Assembly (NCBI GenBank): GCA_031763465.1
Contig: JARFOE010000203.1
Location: 6,205,208-6,256,010, forward strand
Length of the DNA: 50,803 bases
Direction: 5' to 3'
DNA from: Squatina squatina
Lineage: Eukaryota
Made by a program: the position numbers and the translations under genes. The notes under the pieces are model-generated. The model was not told where the DNA came from. It made no database searches and saw only the letters and a list, made by a program, of their open reading frames with translations. Positions 1 through 11,215 of this stretch are shown one piece after another (positions within the stretch are counted from its first letter, which is position 1; each line of letters starts with the position of its first letter).

Positions 1-355
1 ATGATTCTATGGTGTTACATTTCTGTAATACATTGTAGCAGAGATACGTATTTCACATCAACTAGCTAGCTATGTCCCGATTGTAGAGAGATTCGTGCAA
101 ATTATATTTCAATACAGGTCATTTTGTGTTTCCCGTCTCCTAAAATCTATAGGCTTGGCCACTACATCTCGATTTAGTTCTCCTTGTTTCCTACACTATT
201 CTACTTACCGAGTGTCCTTGCACGATGGTCCTTTAATTGCCTGTATTAAGTTAAAAATACAGGTTTGAAGATGTTATGTTTAACCTCTATTGTCTCGTGT
301 GCTTGAATTTATTGCACTTACTGAGGATTTTATGGGTTAAAGAAAAACACCTTAC

Positions 356-586
356 CAGGGTTGATAACGTCCATTATATCTCGCCACACTTTATACTGGA
401 TGGGTCCTTTGAATGACCCCAGAGGGAGCTTGCCTTCTGTGACTGACGTCTGATAATTGCTGTCACTGATAATGCAAACATGAAACATTAGAAACTAGAA
501 ATAGGCAGTAAAATGTGGATTGGTGTTAATGTACACACACATTCAATGAAAAGCGATCCCTACCTCTTCCCCTTATCTGGATCGTC
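356..586 (-). CDS. TRIM (C-IV, TRIM69/TRIM39-like) gene fragment: 23-nt exon (586-564) and pre-PRY exon (465-356)
   Basis: AG/GT-bounded exons of 23 nt (DDPDKGK) and 110 nt (DSNYQTSVTEGKLPLGSFKGPIQYKVWRDIMDVINP). Phases and the KGPIQY-W-INP motif match exons 4-5 of the complete TRIM at 25162-29094. Absent from the ORF track. Confidence 0.85.
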
Positions 587-1662
587 CTGCAACCAAACAA
601 AACATAGGTTGAAGAATGGTGGCGTTACAGCAGATGGCAGGTGATGTCACGGTGCACCTCATTAGAGCAATGAGGCTCGATTGAAATGATCAAAAACTCA
701 CCTTCCACGTTTGAGAATTCCCCAGAAAGATATAAATATACATATGGAATTTTAAAAATTTACTTCTGGTTAAGGATTAAAATCAGAAGCACGCACAGAA
801 ATGTGCCGAGGATATGCTGTTGATGTGGTTAGTGGGCAACGCAGAACAGGCCGATATGGTGTCCCTCTGTCTGCTAAATCAAGGGGAGGCATTAGCAAGT
901 ATAAAATATCACCTGCATTACAGTAGCGAAGATAAATGATATGATGTTCANNNNNNNNNNNNNNNNNNNNNNNNNNNNNNNNNNNNNNNNNNNNNNNNNN
1001 NNNNNNNNNNNNNNNNNNNNNNNNNNNNNNNNNNNNNNNNNNNNNNNNNNGTATATTCAAAATGTAGGGCAATTTTACTCATGTTGCAAATACTTAATTG
1101 ATATGGCTGTTGCAGTAAAGACTCTACTGGCTCTACCAATACCAATAGTCTAAATTCATTTTTCAGACTACAGTACTTCTTGATAAAAGGAATCATAAAG
1201 TTCTGAATGCCACAGCTCTTAATTTCCATCAATGAGGCTGACTGGCTAATTCGTGAACAACATTGGGAGCAAAAAATAAGCTATTGAGGCATTGAGTATT
1301 CTATTCACTCCAGAAAAGCAGCTTTTCTTTGTAAAAGGCCAGCATAGGAAAATAAATAATCTGACGTAATGTGACAATCATTTTCCCCATAAGAGTTGCC
1401 TGAGCATTGTAGCACATTTCTGGTTTGGGATTATTATGTGTTGTTTTAGGGAATATTTGAATGCTATTGAGTGAGGTTTAATTATTTGCAGCAGTTCATG
1501 AAGACCCATCACCACCTTCTCAGGGCACTCAGGGATGNNNNNNNNNNACTTCCTGACAAAAAGTGAGAAGACGACACTATGAAATAAACTTTTACCATGA
1601 GTATGGCCATTATCTGAAGAAAGGTCTTTCTCTTTCCTTTGTGTTCTGCAGGTTGTATAAAG

Positions 1663-3806
1663 ATGGAGGACTTGCCAGAAATGTACATAATCTTCCAGGG
1701 CGAGGTACATCTTTCAACATGTACACAGATTGTTGCTTTAAATACACACAAATTTCTTACAATTTTTATTACCTGTAAAAAAAAAACCTGCTTAAATTAA
1801 TTTTTCAGGTTGCAACTGTAACAGAGTATGGAGCATTTATTAAAATTCCTGGTTGCAAACGGCAAGGTACATTATCTTACCAATTTTGTACACAGTATAT
1901 AGTATCTTACAGTTTTATATTTAAATATGTGCAGATAGCACTATTATTAAGATACACAAGTCCTTTCCACTCATTGAATTATACTAAGTGTGCGTCATCT
2001 TTTATTTTTATTGTTGTGGCTCTTGCCAAATTAGATACACGCTGTTCTATAAAATGCCTGATCAATATTTGCTACCAGTTGTATATGTTCCAAACTAGCA
2101 ATTCCAAATTCAAGCCAACAAACTCAGCGGCATAAATCAGAAGTAGAAACGGAGCAGTGAGCTGTGCCATACCAGGGCGAGTCACTGGGCTACGTGGGCC
2201 GGATAGCCAGGGGTCGTGGGCACTGTAGGCAGGATCTGTTCACTGAATGCTTGTTTTATTTTGCAGGTCTTGTTCACAAGTCACATATGTCAGCAAGTCG
2301 GGTGGATAATCCATCCGAGATTGTTGATGTTGGAGAAAAAGTCTGGGTTAAAGTAATTGGAAAAGAGGTATGGCAACTATCCCTGGACTTTCTCAAAGCT
2401 GCATGTGATTTTGAGAGAATTTTTCACAGCTCCATTCCTCTGATGATCTGTGGGGAAGATATCCTCCTTGTGCAATGTGCAACTAAATTAGATACATATT
2501 TGTCATAAATGGATTTACAATTTTGTGTCACATAGNNNNNNNNNNNNNNNNNNNNNNNNNNNNNNNNNNNNNNNNNNNNNNNNNNNNNNNNNNNNNNNNN
2601 NNNNNNNNNNNNNNNNNNNNNNNNNNNNNNNNNNNNNNNNNNNNNNNNNNNNNNNNNNNNNNNNNNNNNNNNNNNNNNNNNNNNNNNNNNNNNNNNNNNN
2701 NNNNNNNNNNNNNNNNNNNNNNNNNNNNNNNNNNNNNNNNNNNNNNNNNNNNNNNNNNNNNNNNNNNNNNNNNNNNNNNNNNNNNNNNNNNNNNNNNNNN
2801 NNNNNNNNNNNNNNNNNNNNNNNNNNNNNNNNNNNNNNNNNNNNNNNNNNNNNNNNNNNNNNNNNTAAAAGGAGTTTGAGGGGACATGAATTGTGTAAAG
2901 CAAGTAAAAATACACCTGCTTTTCTCACTTTTCTTTGAGGAGCTTATAGATCCGGTGGATTAGGGGAGTCAGTGGCTGTCATCAACTTGGATTTCAGAGA
3001 AGCGTTTGACACGATCTCACATGAAAGATTGATTCACCAGGTGCATGCCCATGTAATAGATAGCAAAATATTTGACTGGGATGATACATGGCATTTGGAG
3101 ATTTCATCGTGGAAAGTGGTTGCCAGTGGAGTCCCGCGAGACGTGTTATGGTTGCAGTGTAAGTTTTTATGAATGATTTAGAGGACAGAATATTGTTCAC
3201 TGTCTGAGATTACAGCGTGAACCCAAATTGTGTGCAGCAACCAATGGTGCAAACCAATGTGCGATAATCGAAAAGGTCCTGGACAGGCTGGATCAATAGG
3301 CAGAAAAGTGGTGGGTGGAATTAGCACAGATAAGTGTAAAATGATAAGAATAGGTAGAAAAATCAAGGATGTGGAGTACACATTAAATGTTACTTGGTTC
3401 TTGGAATTCTGTAGCGTGGTTTCCTACAGTTCAGCTGGTCCGCCAGATGTTCTGAAGTCGCAGCTCCTGCTGTTTTCAATAGAGCTGTTCTGGAACGTAT
3501 TCCATAATTGACGTTTTAAAAACCATCAAGGAAATATGTGGAAAGAGTGTCAGTCCTCTTGTATAAAAAGGAGAGTACTTGAAACAAAATGTAATTCCCC
3601 ATTTCTTCAGCAACATATACCTGACTTCACATGTTTGTGTAATGCTACAGCATTTAATAAACCTTGTGTATATAAGGTACTTGATTATAATTAAAAACAA
3701 GCTTTTGTTTTTAGGTGAAGGATGGCAAAGTCAAGCTTTCTCTTTCAATGAAGGCTGTCAATCAAGGATCTGGGCAGGACCTCGATCCAAATAACGTTGC
3801 TCTTGA
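1663..3806 (+). CDS. ZCCHC17: Zinc finger CCHC domain protein 17 / pNO40 (S1 domain), first four coding exons: 1663-1704, 1809-1866, 2267-2367, 3715-3806; 3' exons missing
   Basis: Spliced translation MEDLPEMYIIFQGE-VATVTEYGAFIKIPGCKRQG-LVHKSHMSASRVDNPSEIVDVGEKVWVKVIGKE-VKDGKVKLSLSMKAVNQGSGQDLDPNNVALE matches the ZCCHC17 S1 domain. All junctions are GT-AG and in frame. Confidence 0.95.
2900..3390 (+). mobile_element. Highly decayed CR1 LINE RT fragment in ZCCHC17 intron
   Basis: AVINLDFREAFDTISHERLI resembles the CR1 RT motif YLDFxKAFDxVPHxRL; VASGVP and DKCKMIRIGRK follow; multiple frameshifts. Confidence 0.7.
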
Positions 3807-4132
3807 GTATGTGTTTTTGTTAATGGCTTTGACTTGTTTATTTCTAAAATGCATTGTGATAACTTTAAAAGATTTCGAATTAAAAAGTTACTTTTCGAAC
3901 ATGGGTTACTAGGGTGAAAAGCTGACCAATAAACGACAAGGAAGCCCATTGAACATTTGTTCACAATTACTCACATGTCTTTTCTTGTATTTGTATTTTT
4001 TTCAGTTCTTCATCATTTCCAGCTCTTCACTGNNNNNNNNNNNNNNNNNNNNNNNNNNNNNNNNNNNNNNNNNNNNNNNNNNNNNNNNNNNNNNNNNNNN
4101 NNNNNNNNNNNNNNNNNNNNNNNNNNNNNNNN

Positions 4133-4470
4133 TGGAGCTTAGGCGGAAACATTAGGATGAGGTACAGATCAGCCATGATCTAATTCAAAGGCGGAAAAGA
4201 TTCGATGGGCTGATTGGCCCACTCCTGTTCCTATCTTCCTGTGATGAGGTCACCCCTTCAGGTGAGATGTTAAACCAAGGCCGCCTGTGTCTCAAGTGGG
4301 TGATTCACATCCCACGGCAGAGGAGCAGGGGAGTTCTCCCGGTGTCCGGGCCAACATTCCTCCCTCAACCAGCACCACCAAAGAGAGATTAACTGGTCAT
4401 TCATCGCATTTGCCCTCTGTGGGATCTTGCTGTGTGTCAAATGGCTGCTGCATTTTCCTACGCTTCTGAG
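4133..4470 (+). mobile_element. CR1 3' tail followed by partial Deu-domain SINE
   Basis: cagatcagccatgatctaatt...ctcctgttcct CR1 tail, then gagcaggggagttctcccggtgtccggg, shared with other SINE copies in the window. Confidence 0.65.
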
Positions 4471-5414
4471 TAATGTATTGCAGGTGCAGTAAGTTTCTGG
4501 GCTGGGTTGAGGCGCTGTCTGATCACAAGTCTTCAAGTCTTCCATTGTTACAAAGTGCCCCGCTGCACTGCTGCCACCTGCTGGAAGGATATCAGTGCTG
4601 CAGGGAATAATTCCCCATTAAAACCCGCCCAAGAAGCAGCGACTGTCTCTGAAGGTTCACAGGCAGGATGGGCCGAATGGCCTCCTTCTGTGTTATATCA
4701 TACTCTGATTCTTATGAATTCTTATACTTGAATCATATCAATTCCACCTCCTCAAAAAAAACTGATTTCATTCAATCCTATTGTTTGATTGTACTTTCCA
4801 GGGCCATCATTGGGAAAGATTAGCTAGAAAACGCCTCAGTAATATTCACAATCATGTGGGAAATATAAACCGATTCACCATTAGTGTGTAAGGTTTGGTA
4901 TATGCTGCAGTATTCAGCCTGCTTTGAATTGCCCGACATAAACCAACATGGTTGGCACCCAGGCATTGTTCTGCCCACAGAGCGATTTAAGCAGAGTAAT
5001 GGTGGAGAACAAGTGATTGGGGAAACCGGGAACTGTTCACAGGATCGCTGTCAGTCTTGGTATCTAGACCCTGGCTTGGGCAAGTCAACTCCAATCTGCT
5101 GCGTCGGTTCTTCTGCTGAATATCACGATGACATTCACTCTGTGGGGCAAAATGTGTGTCGCTCACCTCTCTCTGAGGACCTGGTTAGTCTGGACAGAGG
5201 GTCATTGGGTCACGGAGCTCTGTTGGATTGCTTGTGACAGCCGAACTTTCCATCTGAAATGTGTCCTTATATATTTCTTACTCCCATTTACTGAGTTCAC
5301 TATTAAATCCTGCCTGTGTCTCTAAAATTACATCTACTCGTCTATCTCTTGCAAACGGCCGCTATTGAGCAGCTCTGATAATATAATGTTAGTTCTTGAT
5401 TACAGGGATTAAAA

Positions 5415-5820
5415 TTCTTGGCATTAGGCACCTTACAGCCTTCCGGCCTCAACATTATGTTCAAGAACTTCAGATCACAACCACCCTTACCATTCTGCTG
5501 GGACCATCCACATCTCCTCTGGACCCATCTTTTGTTTCTGTACTTGTCCCATTACCATCCTCTTTTGCTTTGCACCATCCCTTTTGACATTGAATCACTC
5601 CTGCCCCCCACCCTGTATCACAGACTTTCCCTTTTGTTATTTCCTTGCACCCACCCCTCCCCCTTTCCCAGGCTCTGTACCTGCTTATAGATTGTTAAAT
5701 CTCCAACATTTTCCAGCTCTGACTAAAAGGTCACCGACCTGAACCGTTCTGTTTTTCCCCTCCACTGATGCTGCCCGATGTGTTGAGTGTTTCCAGCATT
5801 TTCTGTTTTTATTCGGGATT
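5415..5820 (+). mobile_element. Penelope-like element 3' relic (GIY-YIG C-terminus, pyrimidine-rich UTR, degenerate hammerhead-like motif)
   Basis: LGTLQPSGLNIMFKNFR matches the Penelope GIY-YIG end (LGTLxPxGLN); ctgactaaaaggtcaccgacctgaac at 5719-5744 and gatgctgcc...ttccagcattttctgttttt follow. Confidence 0.7.
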
Positions 5821-6094
5821 GGGAATGTTAATGTGAGATATATTACGTTGTAACAGCGTAAGAGTAAATACGGTAACTGGTCTCTTCAGGGCAATTTAGC
5901 GACAAGTTAGTGTGAGTTCATGACAGGGAGTTGGGAATTGTCTTATTGTGCGGTATTTCACTTTGTATCACTGTCAGGATAAATATGGTGACACCGCAGG
6001 GAACTGAAGGCGGATTTGATGGACGAACCGGGGTTGGATCCACGCACAGAAATATGAGCCCAGCATTTTGAATCAGGAAGCGCTGAAACTCATC

Positions 6095-6819
6095 CTGGCT
6101 TCCAGACAGCAGGCGGAGAGTTTCATTGAGGAGTTAAATTGTCCCATTTGTCCCGATTTCTTCTCCGATCCGGTTATGCTGGAGAGCGGACACAACTTCT
6201 GCCGCTCCTGTGTCACCCGGCCCCGCGAAAACAAGGAGGCGACAAACTCCTGCCCGGAATGTAGAGAGGAGTTTGGAGACAGAAACCTCCCGGTCAATCC
6301 GGCCTCAGCGGGTCTGGCCGAGAAAGCTCGAACATTAAACCTGAATGGGAAAAGGAAAGCAAGTAAACTTCACTGTGAGGAACATCAGGAAGAACTGAAG
6401 CTGTTTTGTGAAACTGACAAGAAACTGATCTGTGTGACGTGCCTGGGCTGGGAGAGACGGACAGAGTGACGAGTCGCGCCGCTTCCTGCTGATCAATGAA
6501 GCTGTTCAGATCTCCAGGGTGAGATTCACTTGATCCAGTCCTTCACTCGCATATTTTCAGAAACACTTTATTCTGTGATTTTTTCTCCCAATCTCAGGAT
6601 CGGCTGAAATCTTCCTTAGATTCTCTCACAGAGAAGAAATCGGCGGCTCTAGAAACGGAATTAAAACAGGAACAGCAGGTTTCCGGAGTTAGGGTGAGGT
6701 CTTCCTGTGCTGATTTTCCGGGATCTCGGTTAGTTTTGTTCTCTTTATCGCGGTACATTAATTATGTTTCACATTTCATTTGTTAGGAACAGTCGAGCAG
6801 TCTGCAGACCCGCATCACA
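6095..6819 (+). pseudogene. TRIM RING-B-box pseudogene (exons 6095-6518, 6598-6693, 6787 to gap)
   Basis: Paralog of 7212-7752. ATG is replaced by CTG (6095), a RING Cys is lost (LESGH versus LECGH), and the B-box has a TGA at 6467 plus a frameshift before RFLLINEAVQISR. Splice sites and the 96-nt exon are preserved. Confidence 0.8.
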
Positions 6820-7200
6820 NNNNNNNNNNNNNNNNNNNNNNNNNNNNNNNNNNNNNNNNNNNNNNNNNNNNNNNNNNNNNNNNNNNNNNNNNNNNNNNNN
6901 NNNNNNNNNNNNNNNNNNNAGCCCCGTGTGTGACTCGTTGTTAAATTTTGTGTGAGGCAGATTTATGGTGTTTGCCAAAAGAACCAGAGGCGACATGAGG
7001 AAACATTTTTTTAACACAGCGAGTTGTTGTGATCTGGAATGCGCTGCTAAAGCTCCTCTGAGCGCCTTGGGAGCCTTTACTACGTTAAAGGGACAATATT
7101 AAAGCAGGTTGTTGTAGTTGCTGAAGAGTGATCTCAGACTGGGAACCGGGATGGCTCCACCCACAGAAACACGAGACCAGCAGTTTAAACAGGGAGCGCT

Positions 7201-7211
7201 GAAACTGAAAC
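7201..7211 (+). promoter_or_regulatory. ISRE-like GAAACTGAAAC abutting the TRIM ATG
   Basis: gcgctGAAACTGAAACatgg matches the GAAANNGAAA consensus. Confidence 0.4.
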
Positions 7212-7752
7212 ATGGCTTCCAGACACGAGGCGGAGAGTTTCACAGAGGATTTAAATTGTCCCATTTGTCTTGATTTCTTCACCGATCCGGTTACACTGGA
7301 GTGTGGACACAACTTCTGCCGCTCCTGTATCACACAGTATTGGGAAAAGAAGGAGACAAACTCCTGCCCGGAATGCAGAGAGGAGATTCCGGAAATAAAC
7401 CTCAAGGTTAATTGGGCCTTGGCGAGTCTGGCCGAGAAAGCTCGAAAATTAAACCTGAATCCGAAAGAGAAGGAAAGTAAATTTCACTGTGAGGAACATC
7501 AGGAAGAACTGAAGCTGTTTTGTGAAACTGACAAGAAATTGATCTGTTTGGTTTGTCGAGATGCGCGGGGACACAGAGAGCACCGCTTCAGGCCCATTAA
7601 AGAAGCTGTTGGAATCTACAAGGTAAAAGGGATCAGATGTGATCTCCTGATTATTTTATCACATTTTCATGGTCCAACACTTTAATTCTGTGATTTTCTC
7701 TCCCAATCCCAGGATCGGCTGAAATCTTCCTTAGATTCTCTCACAGAGAAGA
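7212..7752 (+). CDS. TRIM (RING + B-box2) E3 ligase, exon 1 (7212-7622) and start of exon 2 (7713 to gap)
   Basis: C3HC4 RING CPIC...CGHNFCRSC...CPEC and B-box CEEH...FC...CLVC...H..H. The 411-nt exon ends at AAG|gtaaaa; the next exon begins DRLKSSLDSLTEK. Confidence 0.9.
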
Positions 7753-7852
7753 NNNNNNNNNNNNNNNNNNNNNNNNNNNNNNNNNNNNNNNNNNNNNNNN
7801 NNNNNNNNNNNNNNNNNNNNNNNNNNNNNNNNNNNNNNNNNNNNNNNNNNNN

Positions 7853-8100
7853 TTCTCCCTCAGAGCGGAGAAGATTGAGAGGCGATTTGATATAGGGGTT
7901 CAAAATCATGAGGGATCTGGACAGAGTAGATTGAGATAAACTGTTCCCATTGGCAGAAAGGTTGAGAATCAAAGGACAGAGACTTAGGGTGATTGGCAAA
8001 AGAACCAAAGGCAACATAAGAAAAAAACTTGTTTACACAGTGAGTGGTTTTGATCTGGAATGCACTGCCTGAAAGGGTGATGGAGGCAGCAGACTCAAAC
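7853..8100 (+). mobile_element. CR1 LINE 3' ORF2 fragment
   Basis: gagcggagaagattgagaggcgatttgata...aaactgttccca...gtgagtggttttgatctggaatgcactgcctgaaagggtg, typical CR1 ORF2 C-terminal region. Confidence 0.75.
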
Positions 8101-8104
8101 ACGT

Positions 8105-9080
8105 AGCATTATATAGGATATAGGACACAGAAATAGCCCAACCAGACCATGCTGGCGTTTATCTCTACTTGAGCTTTCTCCTGTCTTTCCTCATCGAAAC
8201 CTATCATAACCCTCTATTCCCTTCTCCCTCATATGCTTGTCTAGCCTCCCCTTAAATGCATCTATACTACTTGCTTCAACCACTCCCTGTGATAGCGAGT
8301 TCCACATTCTCACCATTCTCTGGGTAAAGAAGTTTCTTCTGAATTCCCTGTTGGATTTCTTGGTGATTCTTATATTGATGGCCTCCAGTTATGCTCTTCC
8401 CCGCAAGTGGAAACATTCTTTCTGTAATCACTCTATCAAAACCTTTCATAATTTTAAAGACCTCTATTAGGTCACCCCTCTGCCTTTTTTTCCCCAAGAG
8501 ATAACATAACCAGCCTGTTCATCCCTTCCCAATATGTATACCTTCGCATTTCTGGCATCATCCTTGTAAATCTTCGCTGCACCCTCTCCAGTGCCTCTAT
8601 ATCCTTTTCACAATATGGCGACCAGAACTGTACGCAGTACTCTAAGTGTGGTCTAACCAAGGTTCGATACAGGTTTAGGATAACTTTATTACTTTTCAAT
8701 TCTCTACCTCTGGAAATAAACCCTCGTGCTTGGCTTGCTTTTTTTTTTTAAAACAGCCTTGCAAACCTGTGTGGCAACTTTTAATGATGTGTGTATTTAT
8801 ACTCCAAGATCCCTTTGTTTCTCTACCCCACCTAGACTCGCACCCTCCAAGTAATGTGACCTCCAGATTTTTCCTACCTAAATGTAGTACCTCACATTTG
8901 TGTGTTGAACTTCATTTGCCAATTATGTGCCCATTCTGCAAGTTTATTAATATCCTCCTGTAATTTGTTGCAGTCCTCCTTGACTATACCCCAAAATTTG
9001 GTGTCATCCACAAATTTTGAAATTGTGTTTTTGATTCCAAAGTCTAAATCATTAATATAAATGTAAACTGTGAACAACAG
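8105..9080 (-). mobile_element. 5'-truncated CR1 LINE (ORF2 RT C-terminus to 3' tail)
   Basis: Minus-strand peptides YINDLDFGIKNTISKFVDDTK, WQMKFN, LYRTLVRPHLEYCVQFWSPY and RGDLIEVFKIMKGFDRV, with frameshifts. Confidence 0.92.
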
Positions 9081-9394
9081 TTTCTTTGAACACCTTTTGT
9101 TTATTAGTTTTAAAATTATTGAGAGTGGGTAAATAGAATGTTTTACAGGGCAGGGTGGTTGGACGTGAGAGGTCATGTGATAAAACTGCCAGGAATATGT
9201 CCAACCAGACTAGATTTGTAGGCGAGTGCGTGGGGACACTGTCACCATTAGATCAGCTGATTGGTGGCTGTTACTGACCAATAGAGGACAGTACTGGGAG
9301 CATGAATAATTGTAATAAGGCAACATAGAAATGCAAATTTCTTCCTTTGTGCTCACTTTTAATTTGTATAAACAGGGAGTTTCACTTTTTCTCA

Positions 9395-9631
9395 AAGAAT
9401 GAGAGGTGATCTCATTGAAACACAGAATTCTTACAGGGCTCGACAGGGTAGATGCAGGGTAGATGCAGGGAGGATGTTTCCCCCAGCTGGGGAGTCTAGA
9501 ATCAGAGGTCACAGTCTCAGAATAAGGGGTAAGCCATTTAGGACTGAGATGAGGAGACATTTTTTTCACTCAGAGAGTGGTGAATCTTTGGAATTCTCTA
9601 CCACAGAGGGCTGTAGCGGCTCAGTCATTGA
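9395..9631 (+). mobile_element. CR1 LINE fragment
   Basis: RMRGDLIET...SRIRGHSLRIRGKPFRTEMRR...VVNLWNSLPQRAV. Confidence 0.85.
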
Positions 9632-9731
9632 NNNNNNNNNNNNNNNNNNNNNNNNNNNNNNNNNNNNNNNNNNNNNNNNNNNNNNNNNNNNNNNNNNNNN
9701 NNNNNNNNNNNNNNNNNNNNNNNNNNNNNNN

Positions 9732-10704
9732 TCTCTGTATCTCCTGTACCTGTACAGTAGACATCGGGTAAAAGGAAAGGGGTCACTCCAGTCTGGTACT
9801 GTACGGCTCTTGTGTGGCTCAGTTTTAGCTCCTGTACATGTACAGTACACAGCGGATAAAAGGGAATGATTCACCCCGGTCTGGTACTGTACAGCCCGTG
9901 TATATTTCAGTATCGCCTGTACTTGTACAGAACCCAGCTCGTAAAAGGGAATGATTCACACCCGCGTGGTACTGTACGGCCCGTGTGTGTCTCTGTGTCT
10001 CCTGTACATATGCAGAACACAATGGGTAAAAGGGAATGATTCATTCCTGCCTCGTACTGTACGGCCCGTGTGTGTCTCTGTTTCGCCTGTACATTTACTG
10101 TACACAGCGGGTAAAAGGGAATGATTCACCCCGGTCTGGTACTGTACATCCCATGTATATCTCAGTGTCTCCTGTACATGTACAGTACACAGTGGGTAAA
10201 AGGTAATGATTCACTCCCGTCTGGTACGGTACGGCCCGTGTGTGTCTCAGTGTCTCCTGTACATGTACAGTACAGAGGGGGTAAAAAGGAATGATTCACT
10301 CCCATCTGGTACGGTACGGCCCGTGTGTGTCTCAGTGACTCCTGTACATGCACAGAACACAGTGGGTAAAAGGGAACGATTCGTTCCCGCCTGGTTCTGT
10401 ACGGCTCGTGTGAGTCTCAGTGCCTCCTGTAGGTCTACAGTACACAGCGGGTAAAAGGGAATGTTTCACTCTCGTCTGTTACAGTACAGCCCGTCTTTGT
10501 CTGAGTTTTAGCTCCTGTACATTTAGAGTACACAGCGGGTAAAAGGGAATGATTCACCCCGGTCTGGTACGGTACATCCTGTGTATATCTCAGTGTTGCT
10601 TGTACATGTACAGTACACAGCCGGAATGATTCACTCCTGTCTGGTACTTTACGGCCTGTGTGTGTCTCAGTGCTTCCTGTACATATACAGTAAACAGCGG
10701 GTGA
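9732..10704. repeat. ~85-bp tandem satellite/minisatellite, about 11 copies, bounded by gaps on both sides
   Basis: The gggaatgattcac anchor recurs at about 9862, 9947, 10032, 10117, 10202, 10288, 10372, 10457 and 10545; units are rich in gtac/tgtaca. Confidence 0.95.
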
Positions 10705-10805
10705 NNNNNNNNNNNNNNNNNNNNNNNNNNNNNNNNNNNNNNNNNNNNNNNNNNNNNNNNNNNNNNNNNNNNNNNNNNNNNNNNNNNNNNNNNNNNNNNN
10801 NNNNT

Positions 10806-11053
10806 TGTCGTTTTAGTTGAGGGATTAATATTGGCCCCAGGACACCGGGGAGAACTTCCCCCTGCTCTTCTTCAAAATAATGGACTGTGGTTTAATATCT
10901 CACCCGAAGGACGGCACCTCCAGCAGTGCGGCATTCCCTCAGTACTGGGAGTGTCAGCCTGGATTTTTGCGCTCAAGTCTCCGAAGTGGGGACTGGAACC
11001 CATGACCTTCTGACTGAGAGGAGAGAGTGCTGCCCACTGAGTCATGGCTGACA
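10806..11053 (-). mobile_element. tRNA-headed Deu-domain SINE (SacSINE1/AmnSINE-like)
   Basis: Reverse strand begins tgtcagccatgactcagtgg (A box) ... ggttccagtcc (B box), followed by ggaggtgccgtccttcgggtgaga and gaagagcagggg Deu-like core. Confidence 0.8.
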
Positions 11054-11215
11054 ATGTCACAGCATGATGAAGGGGGTGTTGGGGAAGGGAGGGCGGCGGA
11101 GGGAGTGCGGTGTGTTGGGGTGGGCGGGGTTGTGGGGGGGGGTGGGGTGGAGGGAGAGTGGATTCTTCCTGCCCGATGGGTAGATGTTTATTTGTCCCCT
11201 TTTAACTGTTTGTAG

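Noticed and set aside
2150-2250. Possible hairpin or snoRNA in ZCCHC17 intron
   Set aside because: Only short complementary stretches; no convincing C/D or H/ACA box arrangement.
2424-2938. Long ORFs in the track spanning N runs (here and at most other gaps)
   Set aside because: Open only because N codons contain no stops.
9732-10704. CRISPR-like periodicity
   Set aside because: The whole 85-bp unit repeats with no unique spacers, there are no cas genes, and the context is eukaryotic.
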